The notes under the pieces: generated by a model
Told to the model about the DNA's origin: nothing
The model's input: only the letters and a program-made list of their open reading frames with translations
The model's database searches: none
Shown: positions 20,791-33,299 of the stretch, one piece after another
How the letters are laid out: each line of letters starts with the position of its first letter
Position numbering within the stretch: position 1 is the stretch's first letter
Assembly (NCBI RefSeq): GCF_020745735.1
Contig: NW_026867842.1
Span: forward strand, 62,001 to 99,737
Length of the DNA stretch: 37,737 nucleotides
Source of the DNA: Hemiscyllium ocellatum
Lineage: Eukaryota
Direction of reading: 5' to 3'
Program-made: the position numbers and the translations under genes

Positions 20791-21699
20791 AAAGGCAATT
20801 AAACTTTCAAGACAATGAAATGAAAACTACAGTTAAGTTAAACCTAAAGACACGTTAGAGAAATGAACGCCTTCTCACTGTTATTTCAATACAATAAAGC
20901 TATAATGTTTGAATAGAAAGGATTTTATTTTGCCGTGTTTTGAAATTGTGTTTTCTGTCAGTATGTTTTATTTTATCTTCATTTCTTTTGTGCACTGAGG
21001 TCTTATTATTCAATCTAAATCATCAGCATTGCGTACTTATGCTCTGCAGATGCTGCAGACCAACTGCATTTCTTCAGCAGTTTCTGTTTGTGTTTCAGTC
21101 TGAGATCTGTGTTGTCCAATAATACCAGCAGTTGGGATGGGAATAGTTGGCTAGCATCATGATTGTCACTCTAATTAGAAATTGACACTTCGTATTTGAT
21201 GAATCCAACAAACCCTTACACTGTTTTCACATCTGTCCGTCACCACATCACTGCCACCGCTCTTACCTTTCCAGAATCCAGGCAAATCCTTTTGCTCTCA
21301 GTATGTGACTGAGGTACTTAACTTGGGCATCTTTAATTGCAAACTTTCTTGTTCAGCCTAATGACTCTTTCTTTCTTGTTCAGCTCCTGACAAGCTACAC
21401 CCAGCAGGCCACTAGATGATGGTTGTGGTCAGCAATGCTTTGTATCTAGAATAGCCCACTTTGTCCCCATATCCTTCTCACTCACACTCTCAACTGATTA
21501 CCCATCGCGGCAGCTTGCCGTGTTTGAGGAGAAATTGACTCGAAATTGAATCAACTGTTGGTATTTCATGTGGCCATTCAATTGGAAAACAAGTATATTT
21601 ACACTGAAGTTAATAAATTATAAATGTATAATAATTGGACAGAATGATATATTAAACTTTGCAGCATTTGAGGGATATAACTTTTGCTGGTTTGTCAAG

Positions 21700-22970
21700 A
21701 ATGCCGGTTCATAAGGCACAGGTTACAACAACATTTGCTGCGTATCTTTTATAATAGACTCCCGTATTTCTCCCACTACTGATGCCAAGCTAACTGGTCG
21801 ACAAAAACCACTGTGTTCTATCTGTCTTCCTTCTTAAATAGTGGGGTTATTTTAGCCACTTTCCAGTCCATAGGAACTGCTCCTGAGTCTAGATTTCTGA
21901 AAGATGACGACGAGTGCATCTATTCTTTCTAATACCACTTTCCTAAGTATTCTGGGGTGAGGGGATCAGGCTGCCAAAGATATTTTATGGCCCCTCTTTG
22001 TCCTCCTATTTTTTAAGTACCCCCCCACACTTTCGCTTCTCCCGAAGGGCCTCCCCTCTTTTTAAAGCTCTGTACTTGGTATGTGCTTATTCCTTTTTCT
22101 TTCACAAACTATCCATGTCCTTTGACATCCAGGATCCCAGGAGCTGCTGTCCTTGCCTTTCTTTCTGAGCTGGCCCTGAACTACATTAAAAAGATCCCCA
22201 TTTTCCAAATGTAGACTGACCTCCAAGTAACTGATCCCAGTCTATATTTGCCAGATCCTGTCTAATGAAATTGAAATTGGCCTTGAAGAAGGGCTTATGC
22301 CCGAAGCGTTGAATCTCCTGTTCCTTGGATCCTACCTGACCTGCTGCGCTTTTCCAGCAACACATTTTCAGCTCTTGACTCACTTTAGACACTTAACTTC
22401 TGCGCTACCCTTATTCTTATCCATAATAATTAGGAAACGTACGAAGTTATGTTCCCTATCTCCAAAATGCTCACCCATTGACTCTTCAACATTACTCGGA
22501 TTGAGCCCAGCACTGCCCATGTCTAGTGGGACTATCTACGTACTGGCACCAAAAGCTCTCCTGGATGGACTTTAAAAATTCCATTCACATGAAGTCAAAC
22601 ATAAAGTTTATGTTAGAGAAGTTGAAATTCCTTGCTAATATAGCCCTATTCCTCTCACGCCTCTCAGTGATTTGCCGACATATCTGCTCCTCTCTCTCCA
22701 TCTGACTATTGGGGAGGCTGTAGTATAATCCCAGCAAAGTGATTGTCCTTTTGTCTAGCTCTACCCAGACGGCGTCATTTGAAGACCCTTCCAAGAAATG
22801 CTCCTTCAGTAGCAATACTGCAGTCATGGTTTCTTTTATCAATAATGCAACACACCCACCTCTCTTGCGCCCTGTCTATCCCACCTCAGACTTGTCTACC
22901 CTGGAATGTTGAGTGGCCAGTCCTATCTTTGTTCAATCTTGTCTCAGCAATTGCAACAATATGATATTCC
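21700..22970 (-). mobile_element. CR1 endonuclease/RT-linker fragments
   Basis: AVWVEL...TLLGLYYSLPNSQ...NFNFSNIN; NFNFIRQDLANIDWDQLL. Confidence 0.85.
22283..22375 (+). mobile_element. Penelope-type fragment with a degenerate hammerhead motif
   Basis: TTGAAGA-A-GGGC-TTAT-GCCC-GAAG-CGTT; roughly 90% identical by eye to the reverse complement of 23104-23197. Confidence 0.75.
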
Positions 22971-23071
22971 AAAAAGACAATGCAACAGCATATGAAATAG
23001 CATAAGAGATATGGTTAGTAAGTTTGCAGATGACACCAAAATTGGAGGTGGAGTGGACAGCAAAGAAGGTT

Positions 23072-23209
23072 CGGAGAAAGTGAGGACTGAAGTTGCTGGA
23101 GATCAGAGCTGAAAATGTGTTGCTGGAAAAGCGCAGCAGGTCAGGCAGCATCAAAGGAGCAGGAGAATCGACGTTTCGGGCATAAGCCCTTCTTCAGGGA
23201 TTTCTTTTA
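23072..23209 (-). mobile_element. 138-bp Penelope-type insertion with 13-bp TSD
   Basis: TSD AGCAAAGAAGGTT at 23059-23071 and 23210-23222, interrupting CR1 just after FADD. Confidence 0.85.
23164..23204 (-). ncRNA. Minimal type I hammerhead ribozyme motif
   Basis: CUGAAGA-A-GGGC(UUAU)GCCC-GAAAC-GUC; loopless palindromic stem III (ACGU); predicted cleavage after 23170; stem I imperfect. Confidence 0.65.
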
Positions 23210-24249
23210 AGCAAAGAAGGTTACCTCAGATTACAACGGGATCTTGATCAGATGGGCCAATGGGCTGAGAAGTGGCAGATGGAGTTTAATTCAGATAAAT
23301 GCGAGGTGATACATTTTGGGAAAGCAAACCTTAGCAGGACTTATACACTTAATGATAAGGTCCTAGAGAGTGTTGCTGAACAAAGAGACCTTAGAGTGCA
23401 GGTTCATAGCTCCTTGAAAGTGGAGTCACAGGTAGATAGGATAGTGAAGAAGGTGTTTGCTATGCTTTCCTTTATTGGTCAGAGTATCGAATAGAGGAGT
23501 TAGGAGGTCATGTTGTGGCTGTATACGACATTGGTGAGGCCACTGTTGAAATATTCTGGTCTCCTTCCTATCGAAAAGATGTTGTGAAACTTGAAAGTGT
23601 TCAAAAAAGATTTATTAGGATGTTGCCAGGGTTGGAGGATTTGAGCTAAAGTGAGAGGCTGAACAGGCTGGGGCTGTTTTCCCTGGAGCGGCAGAGGTTG
23701 AGGGGTGACCTTATAGAAGTTTACAAAATTATGAGGAGCATGGATAGGATAAATAGTCAAAGTCTTTTCCCTGGGGTTGGGGAGTCCAGAACTAGAGGGC
23801 ATAGGTTTAGGGTGAGAGGGGAATGATATAAAAGAGACGCAAGGGGCAACTTTTTCACACAGAGAGTGGTATGTGTATGGAATGAGCTGCCAGAGGAAGT
23901 GGTGGAGGCTGGTACAATTGCAACATTTAAAAGGCATTTGGATGCACACATGAATAAAAATGGTTTGGGGGGATGTGGGCCGGGTGCTGGCAGGTGGGAC
24001 TAGATTGGGTTGGGACATCTGGTCGGCATGGACAGGTTGGACCAAAGGGTTTGTTTCCACGTTGTACATCTCTATGTCTCGCTGACTCTGTATTCCCAAG
24101 TGCCGTTCAATGTTCTCAGTTCAACCACATTACTGGTCAAGCTCCTTACATTGAAATAGCTACAATTCAGCTTTCTGATCCTCCTGTATTCTGGATCGTG
24201 TCCTAGTGGTCACTCAGTGGTTTTCTGCATTGCCCTTACTTTCCCATGA

Positions 24250-27200
24250 AGGGAAACATTGAGCATTAACTTTAGGGAATGTTAGACCAATTAGTCGGAC
24301 ATCAGCAGTGGAGAAAAAGCTCAAATTCATTATAAAATATTTTATAGCTTCGCACTGAGAAAACAGTGACAGAATTGGACAGAGTCAGCATGGATTGTCA
24401 AAAGAAAAATCATGCTTAACAAATCGACTGGACTTGTTTGAGGATGTAGTGAATGGATTTAACAAGGGGGAGCCAGCGGATGTGGTTTATTTGGACTTTG
24501 TAAGGGGAATAGATAGGTGGTTCTGTGGTCAAAAACGAGACTCCTGAATAGCTCTGAAGGGGGAGGGTGAACAGATAGCTGTGATGGTGCATGTAGGCCG
24601 CAATGATATACATAATAAACGGGATGAGGTCCAACATGCAGAATTTAGGGAGTTAGGAACCACATTAAAAATAAGGACCTCAGAGGTAGTAATCTCAGGA
24701 TTGCAACCAGTGCCGCGTATTAGTCAGAATAGACATGGAAGAATAGGCAGGATGAATGAGTGGCTTGAGAGATGGCGCAGTGGGGGGGGGGGGGGTTCAG
24801 ATTTTTGCGACATTGGGATTGGTTCTGGGGAGGTGGGACTATTACAAATCAAGAATGCCTGCACCTGGGCAGGACTGGAACCAATGTCCTCCAGGCTACT
24901 TTTGCTCACGTTCTTGGGGACGGTTCAAAATAATGTAGCTGAGTGATGGGAACCAAATGAGGAGGTTAGTGGACAGTAAGGAAGTAGTAACTAAAGCCTG
25001 TAAGGAACTAAGTAATGAAATGGAAGGGTAAGAATAGGTAAATGATGAGTGAAGAAAGTGTAAGAAGTGTAGAAGAAATGAAATGTAAAGGGTGAAAATG
25101 TATAGTAGATGAAAGCAGAGGTAAGGTAATTAGGTAGATTGGCTTGGACTTGTTGGGCCGAAGGGCCTGTTTCCACATAAGTAATCTAATCTAATCTAAT
25201 CAAAAAGTGTCGTAGGTAAGGCAGAGGAATTTAGGGCTTGGATTAGTATCTGGGAGTATGATGTTATTGCTATTACTGAGACTTGGTTGAGGGAAGGGCA
25301 AGATTGGCAACTAAATATCCCAGGATACAGATGTATCAGATGGTTTCGAGAGGGAGGTAAAAGGGGTAGAGGAGTAGCATTACTGGTCAGAGAGGACATC
25401 ACAGCTGTGCTGAAGGAAGGCACGATGGAGGACTTGAGCAGAGGGGGAATTTGGGCAGACCTCAGAAACAGGAAGGGTACAGTAACAATGCTGGGGCTGT
25501 ACTATAGTCCTCCCAACAGCCAGCACGAGATAGCGGTCAAATATGTAAACAGATTACAGAAGATGTAGGAGCAACAGGGTGGTGGTGATGGGAGATTTTA
25601 ATTTTCTCAACATTGACGGGGATTCATTTAAAGTTATAGGTTTAGACAGAGCAAAATTTGTAAGGAGCACCCAGGAGGATTTTACATAGTATGTAAATAG
25701 TTCAACTCAGGAAGGGGCCATACTGGACCTGGTGTTGGGGAATGAGCCCAGCCAGGTGGTTGAAATCTCAGTCGGGGATTACTTTGGGAACAGTGATCAC
25801 AATTCCGTAAGTTTTTAGAATGCTAATGGACAAAGACAAGAGTGGTCCGAAAGGAAGAGGGCTAAACTGGGGGAAGGCCAACTATAGCAAAATTCGGCAG
25901 AAGCTGGGGAATGTGGATTGGGAGCAGCTGTTTGAGGGTAAATCCACATTTGATATGTGGGAGGCTTTGTAAGAGAGGTTGATTAGAATGCAGGACAGAC
26001 ATGACCCTGTGACAATGAGGGATTGAAATGACAAGATTAGGGAACCCTGGATGACAGGTGAAATTGTGAGACTAGCTAAGAGGAAAAAGGATGCATCCAT
26101 AAAGTCTAGGTGGCTGACAACAGGCAAAGCTTTGGAAGAATATTGGGAAACTAGGACCGATCTGAAATTAGGAATTAAAAGGGCTAAAAGGGGTCACAAA
26201 ACATCATTATCAAAATGGGTTAAGGAAATCCCAAAGCCTTTTATTCATATATAAGGAGCAAGAGGGTGACTAGAGAAAGGGTTGGCCCACTCAAGGACAG
26301 AGGAAATTTAAGCATGGAGTTAGGGAAAATGGGAGAGATTCTAAATGAGTGGTTTGTTTTGGTACTCACCAAGGAGAGGGAAAAGCTGGACATTGAAGTT
26401 GGGGATAGATGTTTGATTACTCTTGGTCAAGTTGGTTTAAGGCGGGAGAAAGTGTTGAGTATTCTAAAAGGCATTAAGGTGGACAGGTCCCCAGGTCAGG
26501 ATGGAATCTATCCCCGGGTACTGTGGGAAGCAAGAGAGGAGATAGCTGGGGCCTTAAGAGATATCTTTGTAGCAATCTTGAACATGGGTGAGGTCCCAGA
26601 GGACTGGAGAATAGCTAATGTTGTCCCCTTGTATAAAAAGAGTAGCAAAGATAATCCAGGTAATTATCAAGCGGTGAGCCTGACGTCAGTGGAAGGGAAG
26701 CTGCTGAAGCAGATACTGATTTGGAAGAAAATGGATGTATCAGTGATAGGCAACATGATTTTGTGCAGGGAATTTCATGTCTTACCTACTTCATAGAATT
26801 TTTTGAAGAAGTGACAAAGTTGATAGATTAGGGAAGAGCTGTAGATGTCATACACATGGACTTCAGTAAGGTGTTTGATAACATTCCCCATGTAGCCTGA
26901 TAGAGAAATTAAAGTCGCATGGGGTCCAGTGTATACTAGCTAGATGGATATAGAACAGGCTGGGCAACAGGAGACAGAGAGTAGTAGTGGAAGGGAATTT
27001 CTCAAAATGGAGAACAGGAATCTGTGCTGAAAACACTCTTGTTTATATTATAGAAATATAAATGATCTGGAAGAAGGTATAGGTGGTCTGATTAACAAGT
27101 TTGCAGATGACACTAAGATTGGTGGAGGAGCAGGGGACTATCAGAGAATGCAGCAGAATATAGATAGATTGGAGAGTTGGGCAGAGAAACAGACAGATGG

Positions 27201-27960
27201 AGTTCAATCCGGGCAAATGTGATCTGATGAATTTTGGAAGATCCAATTCTGGAGTAAACTAGATGCTGAATGGAAAGCCCTGGGGAAAATTGATGCACAG
27301 AGAGATCTGGATGTTCGGGTCCATTGTACCCTGAAGGTGGTAATGCAGATGGCATGCTTTCCTTCATCGGTTGGGGTACAAGAGTAGGCAGGTCATGTTA
27401 GAATTGTATCAGAATTTGGCTTGGCCACATTTGGAATACTGCATACAGTTCTGGTCGCCACATTACCAAAAGGATGAGGATGCTTTGGAGACGGTGCAGA
27501 GGAGCTTAACCAGGATTGTCTCATATGGAGGGCATGAGCTATGAAGAGAGGTTGAGTAGATTAGCATCATTTTCAATAGAAAGTTGAAGATTGAGGGAGG
27601 ACCTGCTAGAGGTCTACAAAATCACGAGAGCTATAAACATGATGGATAGCAAGAAGATTTTTCCCAGAGTGAGGGTTCAATTACTAGGCACCATGGGTTC
27701 AAGGTGAGAGGAGAAAGGTTTAAGGGAGATATGCGTGGAACGTTCTTTACGCAGAGAGTGGTTGGTACCTGGAACACGTTGCCAGCGGAAGTGGTAGAGG
27801 CGGGCATGATAGCATCATTGAGATAGATGCATGAATGGGCAGGGAGCAGAGGGATACAGATCCTTGGAAAATTGATGATAGGTCTAGATTGAAGCTATGG
27901 ATCAGTGCAGGCTTGGAGGGCCGAAGGGCCTGTTCCTGTTTGTAATTTTCTTTGTCCCTT
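24250..27960 (+). mobile_element. Old CR1 RT fragment (24250-24510) followed by a long decayed CR1 (ORF1 esterase, endonuclease, RT, 3' UTR)
   Basis: MVHVGRNDIH...VVISGL; GYRCIR...GRGVALLVRE; GIYPRVLWEAREEI...NYQAVSLTSV; FADD; 3' tail near 27960. Confidence 0.9.
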
Positions 27961-29220
27961 GTTCTTGGACCTGAGAAAGCTCAAAGGAACAGAATGATCT
28001 TGGGGTACTTGTCCACTGATCCCTGAATGTGGCAAGACAGGTTAACAGAGCAGTTATGAAGGCACAGGTCACTTGCCTTGGTCATTTCAGGAGGTATTGA
28101 TTAAGCAGAACATTGGTGAGGCCACAGCTGGAGTACTGTGTGCAGTTCAGGTCACCACACCATAGGAAGGATGTGATTGCACTGGATGGGGTGCAGAGGG
28201 GGAATCACCAGGATGTTGTGTGGGATGGAACCTCTTAGTGATGAAGAGAAATTGGATCAGCTCGGTTGTTTTCTTCAGAGCAGAGAAGGTGGAGGGGGAC
28301 CTGATCGAGGTGTATAAGGTTATGAGGAGAATGGACAGGGAGGAGACAAAGCAGCTGTTCTCCTTCATGGGAGGGTCAATAAAAAGTTGGTTTACATTCA
28401 TTGTGAAAGATAGGAAGTTTCAAGATGTTTTGAGGAAAATGTTTTTAACCCAGAGGGTGGTGGGGGTCTGGAACGCACAGCCTGGGAGAGCAGTTGACGT
28501 GGGAAACCTCAAAAACTTTAAAAAGTACTTGGGTGAGCAGTTGAAATGTCATAACATTCTAGCTATGGGCTCATATTGGAAAGTGGGATTGGTGCAGGTT
28601 TAGTGTAGTTTGGCTGGTACACAGTTAATGGGCTGAAGGACCTGTTCTGTACTGTGTGATTTTATGATTGTATTGTGTACAGTTTTGGTCTCCTTATCTG
28701 AGAAAGGATGTTCTGGTTGTGGAGGGAGGACAGCGAAAGTTTACCAGACTGATTCCTGGGATGACAGCACTTAGATCTGTTGAGAAACTGGATCAGTTAG
28801 GATTATATTCACTGGAGGTTAGAAGATTGAGAGGAATCACGTTGGAACCTTTAAAATCCTAACAGGACAAGACCGGAAAAACACAGGAAGTATGTTCCTG
28901 ATCATTGGAGAATCCAGAACCAGGAATTACAGTTTAAAGAAAAGGGAAAGGTTATTTCAGACTGAGCTGAGGAGACATTTCTTTAGCCAGAGAGTGGGAA
29001 GCTGATGGAATATTCTATCACAGAAAGCAGTTGAGACCAAAACATTAAAAGTTTTCAAGAAGGAGATAGGTCTAAAGGGACTTAGGACGAAAGGGATTAA
29101 GGTTATGGGAAAAAAGTGGGAATGGGGACTAAGTTGAATGATCAGCCATGGTCATATTTAATGGCAGACCCCACTCGAAGGGCTGAATGGCCTAGTCCTG
29201 CTGTTCGTTACTTTGTTTCT
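27960..29220 (+). mobile_element. Two stacked CR1 3' fragments, counterpart of 10620-11800
   Basis: Shared junction ACTGTG(C/T)GATTTTA(C/T)GATTGTATTGTGT(A/G)CAGTTTTGG. Confidence 0.85.
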
Positions 29221-29263
29221 GCGTTTGAGAGACTGTCCGTAAACATGGAAACATATGGAATTA

Positions 29264-30314
29264 TAGAGTCAAAGAGTCATCGAGTCCTACAGCACAGAGA
29301 CAGGCTTTTTGGTCCACACTGGTCCATGCTGACCAAAATGTCCATCCATGCTAACCCCATTTCCCTGCACTTGGCCCATATCCTTCGGAGCCTTTCCTAT
29401 CCATGCATTTGTCCAAATGCCTTTTTAAAGTTGTTAATATACCCGCCTCAATCACTTCCACTGGCAGATCATTCCATATGCGTGCCACCCTCTGTGTAAA
29501 AAGTTGTCCCTCAGGTTCCCTTTTATTCTTTCCCTCTAACCTAAAACCCCTCTCATCCTCAATTCCCCAACCCTGGGAAAAAGACTGAGTGCATTCACCC
29601 TATCCATGTCTCTCAAGGTCTTATACACTTCTAAAAAAAACCCTCAGTCTCCTACACTCTCTGAAAAAAGTCCTAGCTTGTCCAACCTCTCACAAAAACT
29701 CAGACTGTTGAGTCCTGGCAACATGCTTGTACATTTCCTCTGAACTTGTTCCAGTTTAATAATGTCCTTCCTATAACAAGGTGACCAAATACTCCAAGTG
29801 CGACCTCACCAACGTTCTGTACAATGGTAACATAACTTCTCAACTTCTATACTCAATGCCCTGACTGATGAAGGCCAGTGTGTCAAAAGCCTTCCTCACT
29901 GCCCTGTCGAATTGTGACTCAACTTCCAGAGAACCGTGTACCTGAACTCCAAGATCTCTCTGTTTCACTACAGTCCTTAAGGCCTTACCATTCACCATGG
30001 TACTCCCACCTCGATTAAACTTCCGAAAGTGCAAGACCTCACAATTATCTCTCTGAACTCATTTTGTCATTTCTCTGCTCATTTCTCCAGCTGATCAAGG
30101 TCCTGCTGCAATTTCTGATAACCTCCCTCAATGTCTACTGTAATGTCATCTGCAAACTTACCAATCATTCCTTGCAGATTCTCATCCAAGTTATTGATGT
30201 AAATAGCAAAGAGTAATGGGCCCAGGACCGAGCCCTGAGGCGCTCCACTAGACACAGGCCTCTAGTCTGACAAGCATCCTTCCACTGTTACCCACTGCTT
30301 CGTACCATCAAGCC
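29264..30314 (-). mobile_element. CR1 insertion specific to arm 2
   Basis: Flanks join seamlessly in arm 1 (about 10560-10620); AATTA at 29259-29263 and 30315-30319 may be a short TSD. Confidence 0.75.
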
Positions 30315-30849
30315 AATTAAAGAAAAGTATTTGTCTTTGGTCAGGAATTAGTTTGGAGGTAGGAGGCAGAGAGGAAGAATAGTGAGTGCATCCTCCAGTG
30401 AGGAAGATGTGAATAGTGGTATCCCCAGGGATCTGTGCTGGGAGCTCAGCATTTTATGATATTTCTGAATGACTTGGATGAAGAAACAGAGAGCTGTACA
30501 TCCAAGATTGCTGATCACACTGACTGAGGCAGAGATAGGGAGGGTGGAGGGCAGAGAGGGTTTTGCGAACAAGGATGAGAACTCGACAATCAAGGAGTTG
30601 CTGGAGAGGAGCCAATGTAGATACAGGGTGCAGGGGGTTGGGGGAACAGGACTTGATGCAAGTTTGAATACAGGCATCAGAATTTGGGATGAACTGAAGG
30701 TTATGGAGGGCGATTGCTGTGATGTGTGCTAGCACAACATTGGAATGGTCATGTTTGGAGTCCCACAGACATGATTGAGATTTTCAGTGGCTGGTCTGTA
30801 TAATATGGAGGATATAGGGGTCAGATCATTCTCAGAGATGTGGCCACGT

Positions 30850-31200
30850 TTGTAAAGGGTCTGGTTGTGCAGCAGACCCCCAGGGAGAGGGATGGAGTTT
30901 GGAGCAGGAGATGAAGAGGATGGCTTTGATCTTCCCAATATGTTACACAGTGAGTCCGGGCTTTTCAGTCCTGACTGCTCTTAGCTGCTGTGATTGTCAC
31001 TGATTAGACACTTATTATTAGAGATTCTGACCACAGCAGAAAGCCCCAGTGTAAAAAATAGTTGCAAGACTGTCAGAGCACAAGGTTGAAAATTCACCAA
31101 AAGAGGAAGTGAAAGAAGGAGCTCGGAGCAGCTGGGTGTTTGTTACTGAGAGGGAGAAAACTGTGAACTGTCTGCTCTCCCTGGAACCTGACAGCACAGG
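30850..31200. promoter_or_regulatory. Conserved non-coding element, candidate enhancer (copy 2)
   Basis: Core 30965-31060; ACCACA 31030-31035; GGAAGTGAAA 31105-31114; CAGCTG 31129-31134. Confidence 0.6.
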
Positions 31201-31479
31201 AGGCTGGTTCTGGGATTTTTCTTTTTCAGAAACAGCACATTGATGGAAAAGTGTCAGTCACTCTCTCACAAACACACACGCCTGCACTTCGAGATTAGAA
31301 ACAGAATCCAGCAGCAGCTCTGTCTCCAAGCTGTGAAACCTGCACAGAATTGTTCCCTCATTCAGTTTTAAACTGGCAGGATAGACCAAGCAGGGAAAGC
31401 AACACAGTGGTGTGTACAGTCAGAAGGGAGTTGCCCTGGGAGTCCTCACCATTAACTATGGAACCCATGAAGCCTCATG

Positions 31480-31890
31480 ACAGCAGGTCAAACATGGGGA
31501 AGGAAACCTCCTGCTGATTACCACATAGCACCGCCCTCCGCTCCAACCTCAACTGAGCAGTCAGTCCTCCTCCATGTTTGACAACACTTGGAGGGAGCAC
31601 TGAGGGTGGGAAGGATGCAGGATATACCCTGAGTAAGGGACTTCAAAGTCCACCATCAAAAGCTGCTCAGAAGCATCACTACTGAGCAAGCTGGTCAGGT
31701 TCCACCTGATTCAGCTGCTCGACTGGACCTGGGGCAGGTGGTGAGGGAACCAACAAGAGGGAAAAACACACTCACTATCACCCTCACCAACCTGCCTGCT
31801 GCTGGTGTATCTGTCCATGACAGTATCAGTAAGGGTGACCACCGCACAGTCCGTGTGGAGACAAAATCCCATCTTCACATTTAAGTTACC
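31480..31890 (+). mobile_element. LINE endonuclease fragment (same family as 14810-16150)
   Basis: QVVREPTRGKNTL...LTNLPA...VHDSISKGDHRTV. Confidence 0.75.
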
Positions 31891-33129
31891 TTACATTTTG
31901 TTGGGCAAGAGATTCGGGATGTCAGGAAGAAATTTGTGTTTAGCAGCAATTGGTAATGACTTGGAAATTAGTGCCCATTCAGGTGACAGGTGAAGACACT
32001 CAGTGATTGCAATGGCAGATTGGATGGGCTCTTGATGGAAATAAACCTGCAAGGCTCTGGGGGTCGAGTAGGGGAGGGGGTGGGACTGACTGGATTGCTC
32101 CATGAAATGACAGCATTTACCTGACAGGCTGAATGTTCTCCCCCTGTGCTGGAAATAGATCTCACTCAATGAGGGGTTCACAATTAGAGAGTTTGGATGC
32201 AGTAAATACAGGACAAATTGTTTCTCCAGGCAGGAGGGTCAGTAACCAGAGGGCACACATTTCAGAAAGGGTCTGAAGAACAAGAGAGAAGATAGGAACA
32301 TTTTTATCCAGCGAGTTTATGATGACTGTCTGCAAGGTGAGTGGGAGTGGATTCAACAGCAACTTTCAAAAGGGCCTTTGGAGAAATAGCTGTAAAGGAA
32401 ACAATTGCAGGGTTATACAGGAAGGGCTGGGGAAATGGGACTCATTGGATTAATTTGACTAACAGTCACAATAGGCCCAGTGACCTCTGTCTGTGCTGTA
32501 TAAGAACTTACACACACTTAGTCTCACCTTTACACAAAGACTGGGAGAAACAGACAACCCAGTTTACAGAAGAATGCTTTCTCAAACACTCTGAACCAAC
32601 TCAGGGAACAGGCCCAGACTAGATTTACTAGAGTAAGTCAGCAAATCAATGACAAGGGAACAGTAAACCAAAAGCAATGGGACTGAACAATATATTCAAT
32701 AGCACACCAATCGAGAGGAGGAGGGATGAAGGGCAGGAGGTCAGAGAGCCTGAAGGCTCTGCTGTCAATGGTGGGATGGAGGAAGCAGCAATGGACAGGA
32801 GACCAGAGACAGAAGATGGAAGGGGAGGGAGGGAATGTGAGTCTGCAGCAGGACACAGATTGAGGGAGGAGGGAGGCCATGGAGGCAATTGGCTGGCAGT
32901 GAGCTCATTCTTGAACGACTTCAGATGTCAGACAAGGAAGGGACCACTCCATATCAGACAAGTTGGGGTTTATGGAATGTGACTTCAGGAAGCTGGGAGA
33001 GGACATTGGAATCAATAGTTAGGACAAGCAGGAATTAGTGTTTCTGTGGCCAGGGGACTGAAGTCGTGCAGAGACAGACAGTGTTGTTGAGACTGAAATA
33101 AGAGAACTTCATGATGGAGTGGATTTGGG

Positions 33130-33295
33130 GTTTGCAGCTCAAGTACTGGACAGTCCAGTGGGAAGTAGGCCCATGTTTACTGGTCTCTCCTGAAGCATCC
33201 AGTGAGAAGGAGGTCCATGTTTATTGGTGTCTGTTGGAGGTTCCAGTGGGTCAGAAGTCCATGTTTACTGGTCCTGTGGGAAGGTGGCTCATGTA
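33130..33295. repeat. 44-bp minisatellite, arm 2, first part (continues at 34545-34770)
   Basis: TTTACTGGT-like core at a 44-nt period (33184, 33228, 33272). Confidence 0.8.
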
Positions 33296-33299
33296 TACA

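Larger units (their letters stand above)
22985..24085 (+). mobile_element. CR1 RT-to-3' end
   Basis: SKFADDTK; MGQWAEKWQMEFNSDKCEVIHFG; 3' UTR. Confidence 0.9.

Noticed and set aside
21700-24085. Single CR1 with a twin-priming 5' inversion
   Set aside because: The minus and plus parts are not adjacent in element coordinates and no shared TSD was found; independent fragments are simpler.
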